The notes beneath the pieces were generated by a model that did not search any database, had not been told where the DNA came from, and worked only from the letters and a program-made list of their open reading frames with translations. The translations under genes were made by a program, and so were the position numbers. A stretch of DNA of 64,000 bases from NCBI GenBank assembly GCA_034370385.1, contig JAXMKZ010000029.1, positions 64,088-128,087 of the forward strand, read 5' to 3'. Source of the DNA: Coriobacteriia bacterium. Lineage in GTDB: Bacteria > Actinomycetota > Coriobacteriia > Anaerosomatales > PHET01. Each line of letters opens with the position of its first letter. Within the stretch, counting starts at the first letter, position 1. Shown piece after piece: positions 38,034 through 46,905 of the stretch.

Positions 38034-38600
38034 GTGACGCGCATGGTGATCGGACTCGGCAACCCCGGACCCGAGTATGTCGCGACCCGTCATAACGCAG
38101 GGTTTCTCGCCGTGGATCTTCTCGGCGAGAACCTGCGGGCCACCTACTGGAAAGACGAGGCGGGCTCATCGGTCGCCGTTGTCCGTTTCGGCGATGCGGA
38201 CCTTGTCCTGGCCAAGCCGCAGTCCTTCATGAACACGTCAGGTGGACCGACGAAGAAGCTCGTCGAGGCATACGGCATCGTGGCACAGGACCTGATCGTG
38301 GTCCACGACGATATCGACCTCGCTCCCGGCCGTGTGCTGTGCAAGAGCGGTGGCGGTCACGGGGGCCACAACGGGCTGCGGTCGTTGCATGACAAGCTCG
38401 GTACCGACGCATACCAGCGGGTGCGCGTCGGTGTCGGCAGGCCACCGGGACGCATGGATCCGGCGGACTGGGTCTTGCAGCCGCTCAAGGGCGCTGCGCT
38501 TGAGGAGTTGCAGGACACGGTGCCGACGGCCGCGCAGGCGGTACTTGCGATACTCGAGCACGGAATCGATGTCGCGATGCGGGAGTACAACGCCGAGTAG
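38034..38600 (+). CDS. pth: peptidyl-tRNA hydrolase
   Basis: Motifs GLGNPGPEY..TRHNAGF and GGHGGHNGL are present. The start is GTG 38034 or ATG 38043. Confidence 0.9.
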   Translation: MTRMVIGLGNPGPEYVATRHNAGFLAVDLLGENLRATYWKDEAGSSVAVVRFGDADLVLAKPQSFMNTSGGPTKKLVEAYGIVAQDLIVVHDDIDLAPGRVLCKSGGGHGGHNGLRSLHDKLGTDAYQRVRVGVGRPPGRMDPADWVLQPLKGAALEELQDTVPTAAQAVLAILEHGIDVAMREYNAE

Positions 38601-38649
38601 TCGCGCACGCATCGCTCTGGATCGCCCGCCACCAGGTCGTGCGGGGAGA

Positions 38650-39873
38650 CTACATGTAGTTCATCGGGTTTCTCGGCGATCCGTTCACGCGCACCTCGAA
38701 GTGCAGGTGCGCGCCCGTTGAGTTCCCCGTGCTACCGACCGTGCCGATGCGGTCGCCGCGCGAAACGCGTTGCCCGGTTCTCACGCGGATGCCGCCGGAT
38801 GCCTGATGCGCGTAGAGGGTGACGACACCGTTTCCATGATCGATCATGACGGTGTTTCCGTAGCCTCCGCGGTAGCCGGCGAAGATGACCGTGCCATCAG
38901 CAGTGGCCACGAGCGCGGCGCCATGCAGGGACGCCCCGCCGGCCGAGGAGCGGCCGACATCGATGCCGGCATGGAAGCGTCTGCTGCCGAAGATCGGGTG
39001 GATCCGCCATCCGAAGGGCGAGGTGATGCGCTGAGAGCTGGGCACCGGCCACGCCATGATTCCGCCGAACTGGCCCGATCCGCTACCGGATAGCTCGGCG
39101 GCGATGCGGGAAGACTCAGCTTCTTCTTCCTCGGCGAGCGCCCTGAGCCGCGCCGCGTTCTTCTTGCTGTCGGCCATGAGGTCGGCCTTGCGGTCCTGCA
39201 TGGATTCCCGCTGGTTCGCTGCGGATTGACGGGAGTTCTGGAGGTCGCGGAGTTCGTTCTCCACCGTCTGTGCTTCGCGCTTCTTCACGGCCGCGGACTT
39301 GAGCGACCGATCGAGCTTGGCCTTGCTCTTAGCGAGAGTGACGCGCGTGTGCCCGAGGTTGGCGGCGGCGTCGGAGTTCGATTCCATGACCCTGCTCACG
39401 AGTTCGGTACGTGTGATCAGGTCACGGATGTCCTGAGAGCCCAGCAGCACGTCGAAGTAGAACCACGAGCCCTGCCGGTACGTCGAGTTGACGCGTTCGG
39501 CCAGTAGCTCGCGCTGAGTATCGAGTTCGGCCTGAGTGCTCTCGATCTCGGACTGCATGCGCCCGGTCTCGACGCGCAGTTCAGCCACCTCGAGCCGAAG
39601 CTTGTTCGTGCGTTTGGTAGCCTGCGCGATCTTCGGGTCGAACGAGTCGGCTTGCTTCTGGAACGCTTCGATCTCAGCGTCGAGTGACTTGACCTCGCCA
39701 GCCAGTTTGCGCGCAAGGGCGTCGGCCTCGGCGGCCTTCTTGCGCGCTTCAGCGGCATTGTCGCGGTGTTGCTGAAGCTCGGCACGCGTGGCGGCGACAG
39801 CCGCGGGCGCGGGGAAACCCGTCGCGAGGGCGAAGGTCAGGGTGAGGGCGATGAGCGCGCGGCTGCGGTGCAT
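38650..39873 (-). CDS. secreted coiled-coil M23 metallopeptidase (EnvC-like)
   Basis: A signal peptide is followed by a coiled coil of about 250 aa. The M23 motifs are HAGIDV..., GNTVMIDHGNG and GAHLHFEV. Confidence 0.85.
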   Translation of the reverse strand: MHRSRALIALTLTFALATGFPAPAAVAATRAELQQHRDNAAEARKKAAEADALARKLAGEVKSLDAEIEAFQKQADSFDPKIAQATKRTNKLRLEVAELRVETGRMQSEIESTQAELDTQRELLAERVNSTYRQGSWFYFDVLLGSQDIRDLITRTELVSRVMESNSDAAANLGHTRVTLAKSKAKLDRSLKSAAVKKREAQTVENELRDLQNSRQSAANQRESMQDRKADLMADSKKNAARLRALAEEEEAESSRIAAELSGSGSGQFGGIMAWPVPSSQRITSPFGWRIHPIFGSRRFHAGIDVGRSSAGGASLHGAALVATADGTVIFAGYRGGYGNTVMIDHGNGVVTLYAHQASGGIRVRTGQRVSRGDRIGTVGSTGNSTGAHLHFEVRVNGSPRNPMNYM

Positions 39874-39938
39874 CGTGTTCGAATCCTCCGGTGGCTGCGT
39901 CGTAGTGGTGGTTGCCCGGAAGGCGCTTCTCGCGCAGG

Positions 39939-39967
39939 ATTATAGCAGTGCGCCGCCGTGGTCTCAA
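39939..39967 (-). promoter_or_regulatory. sigma-70-type promoter for the M23 peptidase gene
   Basis: On the minus strand: TTGAGA (39967-39962), exactly 17 bp, then TATAAT (39944-39939). This gives a leader of about 58 nt ending in GGAGGA before ATG 39873. Confidence 0.55.
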
Positions 39968-40106
39968 TGGTTCGAGTTGGCGCTGCGGCTGCTGCGGCTG
40001 GCAGCGGCCGAGGACAACCAGCGGAGGGCGCGCGAGCGTCACGGGTATAATCATCCCACGCTTGCGCCCTGTCCGCTCACCGCGGCATCCATACGGAGGT
40101 CGTCCG

Positions 40107-40946
40107 TTGTTCCCTGTCGTCCATACCCGCCAGCTTTCTGAGTCCGTCTTCGAGATGGGCATCGAGGCTCCTCGCATCGCGGCGAAGGCACGTGCCGGCC
40201 AGTTCCTGATGGTGCGCACGACCGGTCGCGGCGAACGTATCCCGCTGACCTTCAGTGACTGGTCTGAAGGCGAGGGCTGGATTCGATTCATCTTCATGCG
40301 CGTGGGGAAGACGACCCACGAGCTTTCGCACCTCAGTGTGGGGGACTCGCTTGCCGACGTCGTCGGTCCGCTGGGCGTGCCGACCCACACCGAGCCGGTC
40401 GGGCGCGTCGCGATCGTCGGTGGCGGAGTGGGCGCGGCGGTGGCCTTTCCCGTCGCTCGGGCGATGGCGCAGGCGGGCAGCGAGGTCAGCGTCATCCTTG
40501 GTGCACGCACGCGGGAGCTGCTGGTGCTCCAGGACGAGATCGCCGCACTGCCCGGTGTCACGCTTACGGTTGTCACTGATGACGGTACCGCCGGCGAGAA
40601 GGGTCTGGTGACCTCGCCACTCAAGCGCCTCTGCGAGGCAGGGTCCATCGACCGGGCCTTCGCGGTTGGACCCGCGATCATGATGAAGTTCTGCGCGGCC
40701 ACGGCCCGCGAGTACAACGTGCCCATCACGGTCTCTCTGAACCCGATCATGGTGGATGGCACCGGAATGTGCGGGGCGTGCCGCGTCACGGTGGGCGGCC
40801 AGACGCGCTTTGGCTGTGTTGAGGGTCCGGACTTCGATGGTCTCGCCGTCGACTGGGAGGAGCTCATGAGCCGCCAGCGCATCTACGCCGATGACGAGCG
40901 TGCCGCGGACTCGGAGTTCTCACGGGGATGCTCATGTCACCTGTAG
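40107..40946 (+). CDS. sulfide/dihydroorotate dehydrogenase-like FAD/NAD- and [2Fe-2S]-binding subunit (NfnA / GltD-partner type)
   Basis: A TTG start at 40107 sits 6 nt after ACGGAGGT; the upstream part of track ORF 39912..40946 is Arg/Cys-rich junk. Motifs GQFLMVR, IVGGGVGAA and the C-terminal cluster GTGMCGACRV are present. TATAAT at 40046-40051 may serve as the -10. Confidence 0.8.
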   Translation: MFPVVHTRQLSESVFEMGIEAPRIAAKARAGQFLMVRTTGRGERIPLTFSDWSEGEGWIRFIFMRVGKTTHELSHLSVGDSLADVVGPLGVPTHTEPVGRVAIVGGGVGAAVAFPVARAMAQAGSEVSVILGARTRELLVLQDEIAALPGVTLTVVTDDGTAGEKGLVTSPLKRLCEAGSIDRAFAVGPAIMMKFCAATAREYNVPITVSLNPIMVDGTGMCGACRVTVGGQTRFGCVEGPDFDGLAVDWEELMSRQRIYADDERAADSEFSRGCSCHL

Positions 40947-40966
40947 ACGACGAAGGGCTGCCTGCG

Positions 40967-42397
40967 ATGCCCCCAAACAAACCTCGTCACAAGCCGAGCC
41001 GTGATCCGCGCACACCGATGCCCGAGCGGGCAGCTGAGGTGCGCCGGGGCGACTTCGACGAGGTCGCATCGGGCTACTCGAGCGATGATGCGTATCGCGA
41101 GGCAATGCGCTGCCTCCAGTGCAACAACCCCACGTGCGAAGCGGGCTGTCCGGTCAACATCCGTATCAAGGACTTCGTGGGAGCGATTATCGAGGGCCAA
41201 CCGCGCAGAGGGGTCGAGATCCTCAAAGAGCGCAACGCTCTGCCTGCCGTCTGCGGCCGAGTCTGTCCTCAGGAGGAGCAGTGCGAAGCGGCGTGCGTGC
41301 TGGCCAAGAAGGGCGACCCGGTTGCCATCGGGCGGCTCGAGCGCTACCTCGGGGACTTCGACCTGGCCTGCGAGCTCGAGCACCGATGCGTCCCCGAGAC
41401 CGCCGAGGCCAGCGGGTATCGCTGCGCAGTCGTCGGCTCAGGACCGGCTGGGCTGGCGTGCGCCGGGGAGCTTGCGCGGCTCGGCCACGAGGTCACGGTG
41501 TTCGAGTCGCTTCACGCCCCCGGGGGCGTCCTGACCTACGGCATTCCCGAGTTCAGGCTGCCCAAGGCCATCGTCGAGGCCGAGGTCGGTCTGCTTGAGG
41601 AGGCGGGTGTCCGCATCGTGTGCGACGAGGTCATCGGACGGATCGCCACCGTTGAGGAGCTCATGACCGACGAGGGCTTCGACGCGGTATTCATCGGAAC
41701 CGGCGCGGGGCTGCCTCATTTCCTCGGCATTCCGGGCGAGAACCTCAACGGCGTGTACTCGGCCAATGAGTATCTGACGCGCGTGAACCTCATGGGGGCC
41801 TACGAGTTCCCCGCGCGCGCCGATACGCCGGTGTGGCGCGGCCGCAAGGTGGCCGTCGTCGGTGCCGGAAACGTGGCCATGGACGCCGCGCGAACGGCGA
41901 TTCGCCTTGGCGCCGACGAGGTGTTCCTCGTGTATCGGCGCACCGAAGAGGAGATGCCCGCGCGACGCGAAGAGGTTCATCACGCCAAGCAGGAGGGCGT
42001 GGAGTTCAAGCTGCTGTGCTCGCCGCTTGAGATCACGGGCTCCAACGGCTGGGTCACCGGCATCGTCGCTACGCGCATGGAACTTGGCGAGACTGACGAG
42101 AGCGGCCGGCGCGCCCCGGTGTGCGTACTCGGCTCTGACTTTGAGATCGAGTGCGACACCGTGGTCATAGCCGCCGGCACAGGGGCCAATCCGCTCACTG
42201 CCGACGCCGCACCGGAGCTCGAGCGCTCACGCCGCGGGTACATCGTGACCGACGACGACGGTGCGACGAGCACGCCCGGGGTCTACGCCGGAGGGGATAT
42301 CGTCACGGGCGCGGCCACCGTGATCCTTGCCATGGGCGCCGGCAAGAAGGCGGCGCGGGCGATGGACGTCTGGATGCACCAGCGCACTGAATCCTGA
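40967..42397 (+). CDS. NADPH-dependent glutamate synthase small-chain-like oxidoreductase (NfnB/GltD family)
   Basis: Fe-S motifs CLQCNNPTCEAGCP and CGRVCPQEEQCEAAC are present, with dinucleotide folds VVGSGPAGLACA and VVGAGNVAMD. The start is ATG 40967 or 40928. Confidence 0.85.
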   Translation: MPPNKPRHKPSRDPRTPMPERAAEVRRGDFDEVASGYSSDDAYREAMRCLQCNNPTCEAGCPVNIRIKDFVGAIIEGQPRRGVEILKERNALPAVCGRVCPQEEQCEAACVLAKKGDPVAIGRLERYLGDFDLACELEHRCVPETAEASGYRCAVVGSGPAGLACAGELARLGHEVTVFESLHAPGGVLTYGIPEFRLPKAIVEAEVGLLEEAGVRIVCDEVIGRIATVEELMTDEGFDAVFIGTGAGLPHFLGIPGENLNGVYSANEYLTRVNLMGAYEFPARADTPVWRGRKVAVVGAGNVAMDAARTAIRLGADEVFLVYRRTEEEMPARREEVHHAKQEGVEFKLLCSPLEITGSNGWVTGIVATRMELGETDESGRRAPVCVLGSDFEIECDTVVIAAGTGANPLTADAAPELERSRRGYIVTDDDGATSTPGVYAGGDIVTGAATVILAMGAGKKAARAMDVWMHQRTES

Positions 42398-42524
42398 AAT
42401 GCAATCGCGTGAGCGGCGCGCGGCGGACGCTCTTCTTGGGTACAATCGAACAACGACGAACGGCACGATTTGCCGCTTTACGGTTCAAATTCGGCTGTGT
42501 TCGGTTGCCAAGGGAGCATGAACG

Positions 42525-43274
42525 GTGTCGGACGAATCCATCAGCGTGCTGGTCATAGACGACGACGATGCCACCGTCGAGATGATTCGGATGGGCCTCG
42601 AAGCCGACGGCATGCGCGTCGTCGGAGCCTCAGACGGTGCGGAGGGAATCGACGCGCTTGAACGCGAGCACATCGATGTCGTGGTGCTGGATATCATGAT
42701 GCCGCGCGTCGATGGCTGGATGGCGCTCATGGACATCCGAAACCACCCCGCGACGGCCGATACCCCCGTCATCATGCTGTCAGCCAAGACTCAGGACCTT
42801 GCCAAGATCCTCGCGTTCAAGCAAGGGGTGCAGCAGTACGTTACCAAGCCGTTCAGCATCCTCGAGCTCTCGGCCCGGGTCGAGAGCCTGGCAAAGCGTC
42901 ACCGCAGAGTGAGCGCAGAGGTCGTGGGTGCCGGCGAGTCGGATTTTCGCAAGATCGCGGTGCGCAAGGGCGGACGCACGGTGCTACTGACGCTCGACGA
43001 CATCATCTACCTGTCGGCCCGCAACAAGTCGACCTACGCGCATACGTACGAGAATCAGTACCTTGTGGACATGACGCTGGGCGAGCTCGAAGACCGCCTG
43101 CGTCGCGAGTCGTTCGCGCGTATCCACCGCAGCTATCTCGTCAATCTCAACCGGGTGAAGGAGATCTTGCGGGTGGACGGTGGCTACGTCGTCGTGGCCA
43201 CGGATCGCGATGAGACCCACATCCCCGTCGCGCGGCGCCAGGTACGGCAGTTCCGCGAATCGGTCGGTATCTGA
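42525..43274 (+). CDS. two-component response regulator, REC + LytTR DNA-binding domain
   Basis: GTG 42525 follows AAGGGAG. The REC domain shows VLVIDDD, DVVVLDIMMP and SAKT...KPF. The LytTR domain shows IIYLSARNKSTYAHT...IHRSYLVNL. No kinase gene is adjacent. Confidence 0.85.
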   Translation: MSDESISVLVIDDDDATVEMIRMGLEADGMRVVGASDGAEGIDALEREHIDVVVLDIMMPRVDGWMALMDIRNHPATADTPVIMLSAKTQDLAKILAFKQGVQQYVTKPFSILELSARVESLAKRHRRVSAEVVGAGESDFRKIAVRKGGRTVLLTLDDIIYLSARNKSTYAHTYENQYLVDMTLGELEDRLRRESFARIHRSYLVNLNRVKEILRVDGGYVVVATDRDETHIPVARRQVRQFRESVGI

Positions 43275-43295
43275 TTCAAGAGCGGATGCGGTCGG

Positions 43296-44660
43296 CTAGT
43301 TCCTGAGCGATTGCAGTGGCGCAGGCAGTCTGCCGCCGCGCCGGGCGAAGATCGTTCCGGCCCATTGGTTCACGGGCATGACCGGCGCCTCGCCGAGCAG
43401 CCCTCCGAACGACAGCCGATCGCCCACGTCCTTGCCGATAGCGGGTATGAGGCGCACGGCAGTCGTCTTCGAGTTCACGACGCCGATGGCGCACTCGTCG
43501 GCGATCACACCCGCGATCGTCTCGGCGGTGGTATCGCCTGGGATGGCGATCATGTCGAGCCCCACCGAGCACACCGCGGTCATCGCCTCGAGCTTCTCGA
43601 GCGTCAGGGCGCCTGACTCGGCTGCGCGGATCATCCCCGCGTCCTCCGATACGGGGATGAAGGCCCCCGACAGCCCGCCCGTGCTCGACGTCCCCATGGC
43701 GCCACCCTTCTTGACGGCGTCGTTGAGAAGAGCGAGCGCAGCGGTCGTGCCGGGGCCACCGCAGCGACCGACCCCCATCGCCTCGATGATTTCGGCGACC
43801 GAATCGCCTTCGGCAGGTGTCGGAGCCAACGAAAGGTCGACGATGCCGCGCTCGACGCCGAGCCGCTTGGCCGCCTCGCGGGCGACGAGTTCGCCGGCCC
43901 GCGTAATCTTGAAGGCGGTTCCCTTGATGGCTTCGGCAACCGCGGTGAGATCGGCATCTTCAGCCAGGGCGGACACGATGGCGCGCACCACGCCGGGGCC
44001 GGAGATGCCCACATTGATGACCGCATCCGGCTCACCCGATCCGTGCACGGCACCCGCCATGAACGGGTTGTCCTCGACCATGTTGGCGAAGACGACGAGC
44101 TTAGCGCAGCCGATGCAGTCGCGATCCGCGGTGGCTTCGGCTGTCGCACGTACGGTGTGGGCCATCGCCAGTACCGCGTCCATATTGATTCCCGCGCGCG
44201 TCGTGGCGACGTTCACCGACGAGCAGACGCGCTCGGTGGTCGCCATGGCCTGGGGGATTGCTTCGATGACGCGCCGGCCGCCTTCCCCGATGCCCTTGTG
44301 GACCAGGGCGGAGAAGCCGCCGATGAAGTCGACGCCCACTTCCCGAGCGGCGCGGTCGAGTGCTTCGGCGAACGGAACCGCATCGGAGCTGTCGCACACA
44401 GCCGCCAGATCAGCGATCGGGGTGACTGAGATGCGGCGGTTGACGACCGGGATGCCGTACTCGGCCTCGATGGCGCGCGTGACCGGTACCAGGCGCTCTG
44501 CTGCGCGCGCGACGTGCTCGTAGACGTTGCGGCTGGCCACGGCGACATCGCGGTGCGCGCACTGTCGAAGCGAAAGGCCCAGCGTGACGGTGCGGATGTC
44601 GAGGTTCTGCTGCTGGACCATGAGCAGCGTCTCGACGATCTCCTCGGGAGTGATGTGCAT
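43296..44660 (-). CDS. UPF0210 / DUF711 (PFL-like) family protein
   Basis: 454 aa. It begins [28 protein letters not shown], as in the family, and is paired with the upstream ACT protein. Confidence 0.85.
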   Translation of the reverse strand: MHITPEEIVETLLMVQQQNLDIRTVTLGLSLRQCAHRDVAVASRNVYEHVARAAERLVPVTRAIEAEYGIPVVNRRISVTPIADLAAVCDSSDAVPFAEALDRAAREVGVDFIGGFSALVHKGIGEGGRRVIEAIPQAMATTERVCSSVNVATTRAGINMDAVLAMAHTVRATAEATADRDCIGCAKLVVFANMVEDNPFMAGAVHGSGEPDAVINVGISGPGVVRAIVSALAEDADLTAVAEAIKGTAFKITRAGELVAREAAKRLGVERGIVDLSLAPTPAEGDSVAEIIEAMGVGRCGGPGTTAALALLNDAVKKGGAMGTSSTGGLSGAFIPVSEDAGMIRAAESGALTLEKLEAMTAVCSVGLDMIAIPGDTTAETIAGVIADECAIGVVNSKTTAVRLIPAIGKDVGDRLSFGGLLGEAPVMPVNQWAGTIFARRGGRLPAPLQSLRN

Positions 44661-44663
44661 GCG

Positions 44664-44939
44664 TCAGATCCTGTGCATGTAGCGGAAGACGTCTTCGCGC
44701 TGGAGGGTGATCTGCAACCCGATCTCCTCGGCGATGACGGCCAGCCGGGCCTGGAGCTCCTCGAAGGGGAGCTGCTCTTCATCCACGGTCACGAGCATGG
44801 TCATCGAGAAGATGCCGCCGATGATCGACTGCCGTATGTCCTCTATGTTGGCGTGGGATTCGGCAAGCACCTTCGAGACCGAGGCGACGATACCGACGCG
44901 GTCCTCGCCGAGAACTGACAGAATCGCTGGTGTACGCAT
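44664..44939 (-). CDS. ACT domain protein (UPF0237 family)
   Basis: 91 aa with AILSVLGEDRVGIVASVSKVLAE...NIEDI. This is the conserved partner of UPF0210. Confidence 0.85.
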   Translation of the reverse strand: MRTPAILSVLGEDRVGIVASVSKVLAESHANIEDIRQSIIGGIFSMTMLVTVDEEQLPFEELQARLAVIAEEIGLQITLQREDVFRYMHRI

Positions 44940-45040
44940 GGTGGCTCCTCATGAGGGGGCGCGCGCCGTGCGCGCAGTATACTCGTTTCTACCGCATTAT
45001 CGCGCGCGTGATGCACGTCTGATCGACGAAGGGTTCCCTC

Positions 45041-45262
45041 GTGGCAGTACCTATCACGCCGATTCACATCGGCGACATCGTGAGACTCAAGAAGCCGCAC
45101 CCCTGCGGTGCCAATGAGTGGCAGATCGGCCGGGTGGGCGCCGACATTCGCATCGTGTGCCGCGGGTGCGACCGTTCAGTGATGCTCGAGCGCTACGAGT
45201 TCGACCGTCGCTTTCGCGGGTTCATCGAACGAGCTCAGGATAGGACCGAAGCGGGGGAGTGA
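45041..45262 (+). CDS. DUF951 family small protein
   Basis: 73 aa with IGDIVRLKKPHPCGANEWQIGRVGADIRIVCRGCDRSVML, which is the family pattern. Confidence 0.75.
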   Translation: MAVPITPIHIGDIVRLKKPHPCGANEWQIGRVGADIRIVCRGCDRSVMLERYEFDRRFRGFIERAQDRTEAGE

Positions 45263-46334
45263 CCCGGGCCTTTGCGGCGGGAGCCAGCGCGCCCTCGAGG
45301 CCCTTGTAGTCCGGATGGCGTGCGTTGTTGAGCTGCACGTGGACGTGGTCACCGCCGTCCTTGGTGTAGTCGGCCAGCTGCAGGTTCTCACGATCAGAGA
45401 GCATGCGGACTGCGGCGATGCGCGTCACGCCAGCGGTCACCTCGTCTCCGGCCTTCACGCTGAGGTCATCCACGTGGATCATCACGCAGTCGATCGTCGG
45501 CGCTCCGAGCGGCCGGATGTGAATCTCGTAGTCATCGTGTGTGCCGTAGAGCTTGTAGCGCTTGACCTTGACGACGGTGCCGGAGACCGGCGCGAGCACG
45601 TCTGAGCCAGCCTTGGCTCCCACGTCGACCGCGGTGTCCGGCTTGCCCGGGCGGCTCCGCCACATGATGAGCGCACGACCGGTGAGCGCGGCGTTGGGAG
45701 CGCTCGACTGCTTCGACAGGTCGCGTTTCGTCGACCGGGCCTTCTTCGCCGCCTTCATGTCTGCGATGGGAAGGGCCAGCTTCATGCTGAGAGCGTAGGG
45801 ATAGGACGCCTGGTGAAAGCCCATCTCGGTCAGGTCATCCAGTCGAACCGGGAGTCGTACCGTGACCGAGCCGCGCCGCGCGATGATAGGCGTGGGGTCA
45901 GCCACAGCGGCGGCACGCACGACCGTTTCCCCCGGCTGCGGCGCGCCGGTCCTGTTCGCGGGCGCCGGGGTCGGCGTTTCGCGCACTGCCGCCGCCGCGC
46001 TGTGCATCGGCAGGCTGGCGGCCTTCTCGTCAGAGGAGTAGCGCCAGCCCAATGCGAGCAAGGCGACGCCGATCACGGCGGTGACGACCACTGCCGTGCG
46101 CTGTCGGCGCGCTCGCTCACGGCGCCTGGCTTCACGCGCGAGGCGTCCCTGGAGGGCCAAGCCCGTGTCCCGCGCGGGGTACAGCGTGCGACCGCTGGCG
46201 CGGCATTCATCCTCATCGACCGGCTGAGGCGCGCGCGGATCGGGCTCGGGGTAGCGCACCTCAGTTGTGCTGAGGGTGCGGACCTCGCCGTCTCGCCTCA
46301 GGCCGGGGCGTGCTCTGCGCGCGGAACGTGTCAT
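45222..46334 (-). CDS. membrane-anchored LytM/M23-like domain protein (first metal motif not evident)
   Basis: Start chosen at ATG 46334 (alternative 46391); the track ORF runs to 46775 but its N-terminal part is Pro/Arg junk. A TM helix (AVVVTAVIGVALLALGW) is followed by a C-terminal barrel: VDVGAKAGSDVLAPVSGTVV...GGDHVHVQLN. Confidence 0.6.
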   Translation of the reverse strand: MTRSARRARPGLRRDGEVRTLSTTEVRYPEPDPRAPQPVDEDECRASGRTLYPARDTGLALQGRLAREARRRERARRQRTAVVVTAVIGVALLALGWRYSSDEKAASLPMHSAAAAVRETPTPAPANRTGAPQPGETVVRAAAVADPTPIIARRGSVTVRLPVRLDDLTEMGFHQASYPYALSMKLALPIADMKAAKKARSTKRDLSKQSSAPNAALTGRALIMWRSRPGKPDTAVDVGAKAGSDVLAPVSGTVVKVKRYKLYGTHDDYEIHIRPLGAPTIDCVMIHVDDLSVKAGDEVTAGVTRIAAVRMLSDRENLQLADYTKDGGDHVHVQLNNARHPDYKGLEGALAPAAKARVTPPLRSYPELVR

Positions 46335-46594
46335 GGCCGGGGCCCTACGGCACGAGCCCTCAGGGACGGCGCGCGGTCGGAGAGAAGGCATCGGCCCCGC
46401 TCCGTGTGGGTTTGAGGGGTGTTGCTGTGCATGGTTCCCGTTCCTAGCAAGTGGCGCTCCATGACCGCCTACCGGTCTGTCAGTATAGACGCTGCGCGAG
46501 GGGTGACGCGCGCTCTCCAAACGCTTATCCTTACGCGGTGCTAGTGCCGGTACGGGGTGAGGCGCTCCGGGACATCTGCTGCGAGGGTGGAGAT

Positions 46595-46900
46595 ATGCAG
46601 AAACTCGAAGAGGTACTGCGGGCCGAGGAGGCTGCGCGGCGTACGGTCGCTGACGCCCGTGAGCATGCCGAACAGCTCGTGAGAGATGCGCGGGCGCAGG
46701 CGGGCGGGCTGCTCGAGTCCGCCCGGGTTGCCGCTGCGAAGGACGCTGCCCAGATCGCCAGCGAGTCGCGAGCACGTGCCGCCACGACCGCCGGTGAGAT
46801 TCGTCAGAGCGCGGCGGAGAGCCTCGAGCTGGATCTGGCTACTGCCCGAACGCGTGAGGCCGCAACGGTCGAACGCATCATGCGGGAGTTGGTGGGCTAG
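46595..46900 (+). CDS. V/A-type ATPase peripheral-stalk subunit (G/H-like coiled coil)
   Basis: Uses the internal ATG at 46595 after GAGGGTGGAG. The protein is 101 aa, all helical and Ala/Glu/Arg-rich (MQKLEEVLRAEEAARR...). It is the first gene of the operon. Confidence 0.65.
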   Translation: MQKLEEVLRAEEAARRTVADAREHAEQLVRDARAQAGGLLESARVAAAKDAAQIASESRARAATTAGEIRQSAAESLELDLATARTREAATVERIMRELVG

Positions 46901-46905
46901 CCGGC

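Noticed and set aside
46335-46775. Upstream 147 codons of track ORF 45222..46775
   Set aside because: The extension is Pro/Arg/Ala-rich with no signal or TM logic. The plausible protein (basic N-terminus, one TM helix, LytM-like domain) starts at ATG 46334 or possibly 46391.
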